From an uncultured bacterium (GTDB lineage Bacteria > Patescibacteriota > Minisyncoccia > Minisyncoccales > RBG-13-42-11), in the NCBI GenBank assembly GCA_963790795.1, contig CAWBPO010000001.1, positions 396,073 through 460,072 of the forward strand: DNA of 64,000 nucleotides. The letters are read 5' to 3'. The notes under the pieces are model-generated. The model searched no databases. It saw only the letters and a program-made list of their open reading frames with translations, and was not told the origin of the DNA. Below are positions 48,787 through 56,883 of the stretch, one piece after another (positions within the stretch are counted from its first letter, which is position 1; every line of letters starts with the position of its first letter). A program made the position numbers and the translations under genes.

Positions 48787-49494
48787 TTATTCTTTAATTT
48801 CTTGAGTCATTTTTGATTTGTCGGTTAAAACATCCTCAACAATCTCTCCGTCTTTAATGGCAATTATGCGTCTGGCTTTGCTTGCGATATATCTTTCATG
48901 GGTAATTAAAATAATCGTCCGGCCCTGCTTGTTCAAATTTTGAAAAGTTTCCAGGACGATTTCACCTGTTTTGCTGTCAAGATTTCCGGTCGGCTCATCG
49001 GCAAAAATTAAAGAAGGATTGTTTACAAGAGCCCTGGCAATGGCCACTCTTTGCATTTGTCCTCCGGAAAGCTGGTTGGAAAGATGGTGAAAGCAGGATT
49101 CGTCCAATCCCGCATCTTTAAGCGCTATTTTTGCCCGTTTTTCCCGTTCTTCTTTTGGAACACCCGCATAAATAAGGGGCAGAACAACATTGCGAATGAC
49201 CGATGTGCGTCGTAGTAAATTGAACGACTGAAAAACGAACCCTATTTTGTTTTTACGGATGTCAGCCAATTCGTCGTCTGATAAACGGGAAACGTCTTCT
49301 CCGTTAAAGAAATATTGGCCGCTGGTCGGAGTATCCAAACAACCTAAAATATGCATTAAGGTTGATTTTCCGGAACCCGAAGGCCCGATGATTGCCACGA
49401 ATTCGCCACTCTTGATTTTGAAAGAAACGTTTTTTAAGGCCTTAGTTTCAACATTTTCACTTTTGTATGTTTTGCTGATGTTTGAAACATTCAA
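48787..49494 (-). CDS. MacB/LolD-type ABC transporter ATP-binding protein
   Basis: 235 aa; Walker [10 protein letters not shown], signature LSGGQMQR, Walker B LIFADEPT. Confidence 0.92.
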   Translation of the reverse strand: MNVSNISKTYKSENVETKALKNVSFKIKSGEFVAIIGPSGSGKSTLMHILGCLDTPTSGQYFFNGEDVSRLSDDELADIRKNKIGFVFQSFNLLRRTSVIRNVVLPLIYAGVPKEEREKRAKIALKDAGLDESCFHHLSNQLSGGQMQRVAIARALVNNPSLIFADEPTGNLDSKTGEIVLETFQNLNKQGRTIILITHERYIASKARRIIAIKDGEIVEDVLTDKSKMTQEIKE

Positions 49495-49520
49495 TCATAG
49501 TTTTTAACACATCGTTCTCA

Positions 49521-51149
49521 TCATTGCACCATTCTCATTATTTCCATTGAACCGCCGCCTGACGGCATAGCTCCGTCAGTTTTTGAAGAATTAGAAGAGT
49601 TGGAAGAACTATTAGAAACTGTTTGAGTAACAACCTTGTCGCCTTCCGATAAGCCGCTGACAACTTCCGTATTCGTATCGTTTGAAATTCCAACCTCAAT
49701 TTGCTGGAGAGAAATGGTATTGTCTTCTTTCATAATTTGCACGTATTGAATGCCATTTTGCGTTTTTATCGCGGAGTTCGATATTGAAAGAACGTCTTGC
49801 TTCATTTCGGTAATTATAACCACGGAAACGCTCATACCCGATTTAATTCGTTCGTCCTCAGTATCAATGGTAATTTTGGCATTATATGTTACAACCCCCT
49901 GGCTTACCGTGCCGACAGCGTCAACTTCCGCGACCTGGCCGACAATTGTCAGGTCTTCAATTGCGTCAAAAGTAATAGTTGCTTTCTGCCCCACTTTCAC
50001 TTTTGCAGCGTCTACTTCATTGAGAGTGATTTCAGCTATCTTTTGTTTGGTAATAAGGTTTATTAGGGCTGTGCTGACTGAAACCGAGTCGCCATACTCA
50101 ATATTTACTTCTATGACAAGGCCGTCAAAGGGAGAATAGATATAGTGCTGGGCCAGGCTTGTTTTTGCGTCATCTAAGGCGTATTGGCATTGTTTTACTT
50201 TAAGATTTTGCGTTTCAATGTCTAAATTAGATTGAGAAAGCTCTTCTTTTGCATCGCTTATAGCTTTCTTGGCAGAAGAAAGGTCGCTGACAAGACTGAT
50301 AAGCGAAGAAGTATATGTTTCCAGCAGAGCGAACTGGTCGTCGGTTGAGTCTGTTGGAATCGGCGGAGTTATCTCTTCTTCTTCAATAAGTGATTGATAA
50401 TTTTGGACGAGATTGTAACTTTGGCGGACAAATTCCAAAATCGTCTTAGTAAAATCATAGGTTTCATTTAGAACGATTTCTATCTGGTCACAGGAAGAAT
50501 TTTGATTAAGAGCAGAATAATCGGTTTGAATTGTTTTTAATTGTTTTTTAGAAGCTAGATCCAAATATTTGTCTTCGGCGCCGCCCTGCCAATAAGACAG
50601 CTCATAGGCAGCATTGTAGCCGCGAATTATTCGTATGTAATAATCAATATCACTTTCATCGCCGCTATAGCTGCTTTCCGTGAACATTGCTTCCAAGTTT
50701 GGAATAATTGGCAGCAAGTCTTTGAAAGTGTTTGTTAAATCGTTTAATCCGTCTTCGCAAGATTCAGCAAGCGATTCGCCTGTTGCTTCTTTGGTGTTTT
50801 TTAGTGTTAGTTCAGCGTCTGCCAGATTAATCTCTGCGTCTTTTACCGCTTTTTCCGCGTCCCTTGTATCAAGCCGGGCAATAAGTGTGCCGGTTTTTAC
50901 TTCCTGGTTTTCTTTTACGCCGACATAGACCACATCGCCTGAAACCTCTGGTTTTACATCTATTTCATCCAAAGAGGCCATCTGGCCGCTTCCTGAAACA
51001 GACACAATAATAGTGCCTTTTTCAACTGCGGCAGTTACATAAGAAGCTTTACTTTCTTTATTAAACAAGGCCTTATAACCAAAATAACCTCCTAAAATTA
51101 GGATTAATAAAAGGAAAACAATTACCGGTTTTTTCTTAAAAAATTTCAT
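49521..51149 (-). CDS. HlyD/MacA-family periplasmic adaptor (long variant)
   Basis: Start set at MKFFKKKPVIVFLLL; TM anchor, biotinyl-lipoyl-like and coiled-coil regions, beta-barrel C-terminus; upstream of ABC genes. Confidence 0.75.
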   Translation of the reverse strand: MKFFKKKPVIVFLLLILILGGYFGYKALFNKESKASYVTAAVEKGTIIVSVSGSGQMASLDEIDVKPEVSGDVVYVGVKENQEVKTGTLIARLDTRDAEKAVKDAEINLADAELTLKNTKEATGESLAESCEDGLNDLTNTFKDLLPIIPNLEAMFTESSYSGDESDIDYYIRIIRGYNAAYELSYWQGGAEDKYLDLASKKQLKTIQTDYSALNQNSSCDQIEIVLNETYDFTKTILEFVRQSYNLVQNYQSLIEEEEITPPIPTDSTDDQFALLETYTSSLISLVSDLSSAKKAISDAKEELSQSNLDIETQNLKVKQCQYALDDAKTSLAQHYIYSPFDGLVIEVNIEYGDSVSVSTALINLITKQKIAEITLNEVDAAKVKVGQKATITFDAIEDLTIVGQVAEVDAVGTVSQGVVTYNAKITIDTEDERIKSGMSVSVVIITEMKQDVLSISNSAIKTQNGIQYVQIMKEDNTISLQQIEVGISNDTNTEVVSGLSEGDKVVTQTVSNSSSNSSNSSKTDGAMPSGGGSMEIMRMVQ

Positions 51150-51231
51150 ATTCCTAATTATTATTACAACCAAATGGTTTTTTTATTTCACCAATGAAAA
51201 ATCGCCCTGAGGGGCGCTTTTTCAAAAATGT

Positions 51232-51984
51232 TTACTTAAATTGGTTGAACATATGCGGTGGCAAAACCTGGGGAGGGGCTGGAAATAATTCTAAATTATC
51301 ATCAATCTTTCTGATATTAAGAGCGTTGATAGTACTGTCAGTCTTTTCCCCGAATACCACGACTTCATCCCTTTCTTGAACTTCAAAATCAGGCGCTGTT
51401 TTTGTCTGGGAGCCAATAATTATGGTCAGTTTTTGAGTTTGAGGAGTTTCCAAAATAAATCCGTTTTCTGTTATTTCCGAAACAACTCCTCTGTGCACGT
51501 TGTGGAATTCAGGCATGCCGAAACCTCGGTACATCGGGCCAGCCAAAGGCAGTTTTCCTTCTCTGGCTTTTAAGAACAATTTTGAATGGAAAGTAGTTTG
51601 GTCAATAATAAAGCCGCCCACAAACACGATTAAAACAATAGCCAGTAAAGAATAGAGAACAGGCTTGCGGTATACGAGAGAGAAACGCTTCATAAATATT
51701 TCCAAAGCGGCAATCAAAAGCAGAGCTGCTACAATCAAAATCCAGGGTAAAGAGCCCAAGAATATGCCAAAGCCATGGAAGCCGAAATTAGGCAAAAACC
51801 ACAAGCCACTAGCTCTTAAAGTAAAAGAAATAAAGCTTATTAAAAATAAGATGAAAATACCGACAACTATACTTCCCAAGATAACCAGAACGGTTTTCAA
51901 AATAAAGTATAGCTTCGGCTTTATCTTAATTTCGCCGCTTTTTATCTTATTTAATACTTTATCTTTTATTGAATGGTTATTCAT
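51232..51984 (-). CDS. Polytopic membrane protein, candidate anti-sigma factor
   Basis: 250 aa; overlaps the stop of the ECF sigma gene by 8 nt; several TM helices plus extracytoplasmic C-terminal domain. Confidence 0.45.
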   Translation of the reverse strand: MNNHSIKDKVLNKIKSGEIKIKPKLYFILKTVLVILGSIVVGIFILFLISFISFTLRASGLWFLPNFGFHGFGIFLGSLPWILIVAALLLIAALEIFMKRFSLVYRKPVLYSLLAIVLIVFVGGFIIDQTTFHSKLFLKAREGKLPLAGPMYRGFGMPEFHNVHRGVVSEITENGFILETPQTQKLTIIIGSQTKTAPDFEVQERDEVVVFGEKTDSTINALNIRKIDDNLELFPAPPQVLPPHMFNQFK

Positions 51985-52552
51985 AAATATATCCTGTTTT
52001 TTTAAAAATAGATTTCATTATCTTTTTTGCCCGTTTTATCCTTACGCCAACGGTTGAAATCGGAATTTGTATTATATCGGCAATCTCCTTGTAATTTAAA
52101 TCTTCAAAATAATAAAGGATAAGCGGCTCGCGGTATTTAAATTCCAGCTTATCAAGGCATTTGTCAATTGTTTTCTGCATGTTTTGACGGTCAATCTGCT
52201 GTTCAAGATTATTGTTGTAACTGTATTGGGGCAAAAAGACATCTAGGTCGAATAAGGGCAATGTTTTTGTATTTTTCTTTTTAAGGGTGTTGATTAATTC
52301 ATTGTGGGCGATGCGGTAAAGCCATGGTGAAAATCTCCTTTTTACATCAAAGCTTTGGATGTTCTTGTATGCCTTTATGAAAATATCTTGGAGAACGTCG
52401 CTTATATCTTCGGGGCCAGAAAGAAATTTTCTTGCATAGCGTTTGATTTTATCCTCGTATCTGTTAATCAAACTGCCGAAAAGTTCAGTCTTGCCCAACT
52501 GGACGAGCCGTACAATTTCTTCATCTTTTTTTTGAGATATGTCTTCCTGCAT
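51977..52552 (-). CDS. ECF-type RNA polymerase sigma factor (sigma-70 family)
   Basis: 191 aa; region 2 (DVLQDIFIKAYKNIQSF...SPWLYRIAHNELIN) and region 4 (YKEIADIIQIPISTVGVRIKRAKKIM). Confidence 0.88.
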   Translation of the reverse strand: MQEDISQKKDEEIVRLVQLGKTELFGSLINRYEDKIKRYARKFLSGPEDISDVLQDIFIKAYKNIQSFDVKRRFSPWLYRIAHNELINTLKKKNTKTLPLFDLDVFLPQYSYNNNLEQQIDRQNMQKTIDKCLDKLEFKYREPLILYYFEDLNYKEIADIIQIPISTVGVRIKRAKKIMKSIFKKTGYIYE

Positions 52553-52576
52553 ATTATTACAAACAATAACGTTGTT

Positions 52577-53203
52577 TTATTTCATGCTTTTAATGTTTTT
52601 TACCAGTTCGGGGAATGAAGATTGGTCAAAATGGCCTCTGTTTTTAAACGCTATGGCTTTTGCTTCAGGCAGGACTTTTTCATATTTTTTGAAGTCGGCA
52701 AACGGAACAACTTTATCGTCTTTACTGTGGTATAAAAAAATACTGCCGCCTTGTTTTTGGAGTTTTTTTAAGTTTTTTGGCAAGATAAAATCAGCTAGAG
52801 AATAGTTCGCGTCTTTTTCATTATAGGAGGCACTAACCAATAATGTTGCCAATATTTTTTTGGGGAATTTGTTTTCAGACAGATATTTGGCCAAAAATGT
52901 AGCGCCAAGAGAGTGTCCCACCAATATGACATTGTTCTTTAAAAAAGGAAGCAGTTTGTCAAAGATGATTTTCCATTCCTTGTATTTTGCATTCATCGGA
53001 TTTGGCATTCTGGGATAAATGACTTCAAATCCTTTTCCCAGCTTTATGGCTAAAGTTTCCTTCCATCTTTTTGTTTTCAGTTTGTTAATCTCAATCTTAT
53101 GGCTTTTTAAAAAAGCTAAATAATCTTTGTAGCTTTTAAAGGTATCGCCGCCGTGAATAACGACAACTTGTTTTTTCATATTTATATTCATACATTTTAA
53201 CAA
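52577..53203 (-). CDS. Serine hydrolase (alpha/beta fold, YdeN/RBBP9-like); start may be ATG at 53179
   Basis: LVGHSLGA nucleophile elbow; VVVIHGG start of fold. Confidence 0.6.
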   Translation of the reverse strand: MLKCMNINMKKQVVVIHGGDTFKSYKDYLAFLKSHKIEINKLKTKRWKETLAIKLGKGFEVIYPRMPNPMNAKYKEWKIIFDKLLPFLKNNVILVGHSLGATFLAKYLSENKFPKKILATLLVSASYNEKDANYSLADFILPKNLKKLQKQGGSIFLYHSKDDKVVPFADFKKYEKVLPEAKAIAFKNRGHFDQSSFPELVKNIKSMK

Positions 53204-53223
53204 AAAATCGCTACATTGGCGAC
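53194..53223 (-). repeat. 30-nt intergenic module copy 1 (hairpin + T6 + extended -10)
   Basis: Minus strand GTCGCCAATGTAGCGATTTTTTGTTAAAAT. Confidence 0.8.
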
Positions 53224-53321
53224 TTGTTGAGATGAAACCTTTTAACTCTTGACAACTCTTTATGTCTTGCTATAATTATAATAGTTTTACAGTACGTCCC
53301 GGCGCAAGCTGGGGCGGTTTT

Positions 53322-53846
53322 TTATTCTCGCGTTATTTTATCTTTAATATCCTCTAAATAAACATAATCAGACGCCTCTAATTTTATTTCCCAAGAGATA
53401 GTTTTTCGAGAAGAGAAAATTATTACTCTTTTACCCAAATTTTTTAATTTCTTAACCAAATATTGAAAGTCACTGTCTCCAGTAAATAGAATTATCTCAT
53501 TAATTTCTTTCCTCTCAAGAAGAATATCTGTAGTTATTTCTACGTCGCAATTTGATTTATACATCTCAGAATAATCATAAAGTTTTTTTAGGGGATGCTT
53601 GTTATTAATTTTAATTACTTTTATCGGTTTGGTAATGGGAATGATTTCCACATTGTCCAAATATCTCAAAAAACTTGTCATCTTTTCGTCGTTAGATTTG
53701 ACTCCAGTATAATACCGTATCTCCAGAATATCCCATTTTTCCTGGAGATAATCCTTTATTTTCTTCCAATTGAAAAACCACCCTAATTTCTTTTGAGCAT
53801 AAAACATATTTGCTCCATCAATATACACTTTTGCTTTGGCTTTCAT
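53322..53846 (-). CDS. NYN-domain (LabA-like) protein
   Basis: 174 aa; VYIDGANMFY start, FTGDSDFQYLVKKLKNLGKRV typical of the NYN/LabA PIN-like fold. Confidence 0.7.
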   Translation of the reverse strand: MKAKAKVYIDGANMFYAQKKLGWFFNWKKIKDYLQEKWDILEIRYYTGVKSNDEKMTSFLRYLDNVEIIPITKPIKVIKINNKHPLKKLYDYSEMYKSNCDVEITTDILLERKEINEIILFTGDSDFQYLVKKLKNLGKRVIIFSSRKTISWEIKLEASDYVYLEDIKDKITRE

Positions 53847-53901
53847 AATTTTCCCAATTTTGGTCTAAATTTTGATTATTTTACTATCTCTATTCCTGAT
53901 T

Positions 53902-53931
53902 TATTTTAACAAAAAATCGCCCTAATAGCGA
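53902..53931 (-). repeat. 30-nt intergenic module copy 2
   Basis: Minus strand GTCGCTATTAGGGCGATTTTTTGTTAAAAT; directly abuts palindrome copy e. Confidence 0.8.
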
Positions 53932-53932
53932 C

Positions 53933-53953
53933 CTGTTGAGGTTAGACCTCAAC
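53933..53953. repeat. Palindromic element copy e: TGTTGAGG-TTAGA-CCTCAACA (intergenic)
   Basis: Read directly. Confidence 0.9.
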
Positions 53954-53967
53954 AAAGACTTATTTTA

Positions 53968-55095
53968 TTATTTTAGATATTTCTTGCCTTTCAGCCGTTC
54001 CGGCAGATAATTCTCTTGGGAATATTTTTCATATCCTTTTCCGTAATCCAGCTCTTCCATAAGCTTTGTTTCCGGATTTCTTAATTTCAAAGGAATAGGC
54101 AGGTTGCCGTATTGTTTTACGTCTTTCATCGCAGCCATATAGGCATTGTATGAACTTCTGTTTTTTTTGCATTGGCAGAGGTAGACAACGCCGTGAGCCA
54201 GATTGATGCCGCATTCAGGCAAGCCAATTATTTCTACGGCTCTGAAAACGTCATTAGCCACAACCAAAGCAGTGGGTAAGGCTAGTCCAATGTCTTCTGA
54301 GGCGAAAATAACCATTCTTCTGGCAATAAACTTTGGATCTTCTCCGGAATCAATCATCCTTGCCAAATAATATAAGGCGGCATCCGGTTGACTTGCTCTC
54401 ATACTTTTAATAAAAGCTGAAATGGTATTATAATGCTCTTCCCCTTTTTTATCATATCTTAAGAACTTTGACTGAAGAGTGTTTTTTAAGCTTTCTACGG
54501 TGATTTCGTCATAAAACTGGTGCGTGCTTTCAAGTATTGTAATAGCCTGTCTGGCGTCTCCGTTAGCCATGGCAACCAGCCAGTCTTTTGCTTTTTTGTC
54601 CATTTTAAATCCGGTTCGCTTAATAATGGCCAGTATGTCTTTTTTCGAGAGTTCATTTAAAACAAAAACCCGACAGCGGGAAAGCAAAGGCGGAATTACT
54701 TCAAAACTTGGATTTTCTGTCGTAGCGCCGACAAGAGTTATTTCTCCTCTTTCAACAAACGGAAGCAGATAATCCTGCTGGGACTTGTTGAAACGATGAA
54801 TTTCATCAAGAAATAAAACCTTAGGATGGCCTTTTGTGTCTTCGTTAACGATTTTTTTAATGTCAGGTTTGCCAGCTGAAACAGCGGACAGTTCATAGAG
54901 TTCGGCATCTAAACTCCTGGCATATATTTTTGCCAGAGTTGTTTTTCCCGAACCAGGCGGTCCCCAGAGAATAAAGGAAAAGAGGTGTTTTTGTTTTGTG
55001 GCGATATTTAAAGGTTTTCCTTCCCCAACCAAATGTTCCTGTCCCTTAAATTCTTTCAGGGTTTTTGGCCTTATTTTTGAAGCTAACGGTTCCAT
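53968..55095 (-). CDS. rarA: Replication-associated recombination protein A (RarA/MgsA AAA+ ATPase)
   Basis: 375 aa; [11 protein letters not shown] Walker [12 protein letters not shown] Walker B, MgsA C-terminal region [23 protein letters not shown]. Confidence 0.9.
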   Translation of the reverse strand: MEPLASKIRPKTLKEFKGQEHLVGEGKPLNIATKQKHLFSFILWGPPGSGKTTLAKIYARSLDAELYELSAVSAGKPDIKKIVNEDTKGHPKVLFLDEIHRFNKSQQDYLLPFVERGEITLVGATTENPSFEVIPPLLSRCRVFVLNELSKKDILAIIKRTGFKMDKKAKDWLVAMANGDARQAITILESTHQFYDEITVESLKNTLQSKFLRYDKKGEEHYNTISAFIKSMRASQPDAALYYLARMIDSGEDPKFIARRMVIFASEDIGLALPTALVVANDVFRAVEIIGLPECGINLAHGVVYLCQCKKNRSSYNAYMAAMKDVKQYGNLPIPLKLRNPETKLMEELDYGKGYEKYSQENYLPERLKGKKYLK

Positions 55096-55110
55096 TGTTT
55101 TTACTTTTTA

Positions 55111-55140
55111 ATTCTAACAAAAAATCGCCACATTGGCGAC
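55111..55140 (-). repeat. 30-nt intergenic module copy 3
   Basis: Minus strand GTCGCCAATGTGGCGATTTTTTGTTAGAAT, 15 nt upstream of rarA ATG. Confidence 0.8.
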
Positions 55141-55154
55141 AGAAAAGGATAAAC

Positions 55155-55228
55155 TGAAAAAAGGCGAGAAGAAAAACCAGAATGGAACAGATGTTTCCTC
55201 CACTCCTCTGCTAGTCTCACTCCTCGCC
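55155..55228 (-). ncRNA. Candidate small hairpin RNA or leader (about 74 nt)
   Basis: TTGACT-16-TATATT promoter (55262-55235); transcript folds as GGCGAGGAG...CTTCTCGCC long hairpin followed by TTTTTT. Confidence 0.3.
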
Positions 55229-55280
55229 ACTTTAAATATAGCAAAGCCTATTTGAAAGTCAAGTTTAAAAAGTCAAGCTA

Positions 55281-55308
55281 ACGAAAAAGCCCCGCCCTAA
55301 GGCGAAGC
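55281..55308 (-). terminator. Terminator after the giant VWA/Cys-rich gene
   Basis: GCTTCGCC-TTAG-GGCGGGGC (two G-U pairs) followed by TTTTTCG on minus strand. Confidence 0.55.
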
Positions 55309-55977
55309 TTTTTCTTTTTCAACCTTTATATGGTTTGTTATTTCTTTCTGTTGCTCCAGAAAATTAATCCTGCGATAAGAACCAAAGCGATTATCAGCCA
55401 AACCCACCATAAAGAATTGCCTTTCTGAGTTTCTTCAGGAGTTTGTTCGGTAGTTCCCGGTTCTTCTGCAGTCAAAACTTCCTCTTCAGGCTGTATTTCT
55501 TCTGTTCCAGTAGCCTTCTGATTCAGTCTCTTCTCCTAAAACTTCTCCAGTTTTCCCTGTATAACCAATCCAATCTGCTAAAAGATCAGGCATGGGTATG
55601 TTAAGAGAAGGACATTTCAGAAGGTTAATCCATCTTTTAGTTGTTTTATAAACATAGCCTGTAGGAACGTTTTCATCGTTATGCAGTCCGACTTGCACCC
55701 AAGGCCTCAAAACCTGTTCTTTGTAAGCTAATTGGAACTGGTTTACGGCGTTTAAGGTCGCTTCGTCGTAAATGCCGTTTACAGCCAAGTTAGCTCCCAT
55801 GAACTCATTTAAGAACATCTGCAGTTTCATTACTTCTGCCGGGTCATTATTAGCTCCGTATTTGATGTATTGGAGCAGATATATGCCGCAGGTCATGCCT
55901 TCAGTAGTTGTTGCTTCACCTAAAACTCTACCTTGAGTTGCTACATATCCTCCTGGGTATCCTCCCCCTCCTTCTGA

Positions 55978-56169
55978 TTGACAGGTTGCTGAACAACCAT
56001 CACCACTTGTGTTATTACCGTCATCACATTGTTCGCCGCCATTCAGAACTCCGTTTCCGCAAACTGATCCTGTTTGTTCCAGCTGACAGGTTGCAGAACA
56101 ACCATCGCCATTTGCAGTATTACCGTCATCACATTGTTCGCCAATTTCCACAGCTTCATTTCCGCAAAC
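55978..56169 (-). repeat. Two tandem Cys-rich CGNG...CDDGN...DGCS..C repeats (coding)
   Basis: aa 742-770 and 777-805 of ORF 55486-58392 are near-identical. Confidence 0.8.
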
Positions 56170-56496
56170 TGGTCCTCCTTCTGATTCCTGATAATAATTC
56201 AGGAAATACACTTCAGGATCAGGAGTTTCGCCATCAATAGTTGCTGTTTGAGTGCTGGATGCCGGAAAAGAGCGGACCCAATTTTCCGGATTGTCTTCTG
56301 TTATAGAATATTCTCCGTAAGGCAAGCCAGGGTTTGTTACACAGCCAGTGTCTCCATTAGTTGCTGTGTACAAAGTGCCTTGGTCTGGATATATAACCGT
56401 CATCTCCCATGCCAAAGGAGTATCAATACCTTCTTCATACTGGCCGATATTTCCCTTATCTTCATATTTACAAATCGTTAACGAGCCAGTGGTTGG

Positions 56497-56883
56497 TTGA
56501 CAATCTGTATCTGCAGCGTCTGTATATCCATCGCAATCATCATCTAAATCATTGTCGCAGATTTCTGGAATGGGTTGATTGGTTTGTACACATTCTTCCC
56601 AAAAACCATTCTCGCCACAGGTTTGAGTGCCTGCAGAACAAATACCCGAACCACTAGCTTCACAAGATTGAGTTGCTTGGGGTGCACATTGCTGGCAATC
56701 GGTATCTGCGGCATCTGTGTAACCATCACAATCATCGTCTAATTGGTTGTCACAGATTTCTGGAACGGGTTGATTGGTTTGTTGACAACTTCCCCAGAAA
56801 CCTGATTGATCACAGGTTTGAGTGCCTGCAGAACAAATACCTGGTTGACCAGTTTCGCAAGGTTGAATGGCTTCAGGCGTACA
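56497..56883 (-). repeat. Tandem duplication of a 65-aa (195-bp) Cys-rich module (coding)
   Basis: aa 504-567 versus 568-632; DNA blocks about 195 bp apart are visibly near-identical (...GTATCTGC.GC.TCTGT.TA.CCATC.CAATCATC...). Confidence 0.85.
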
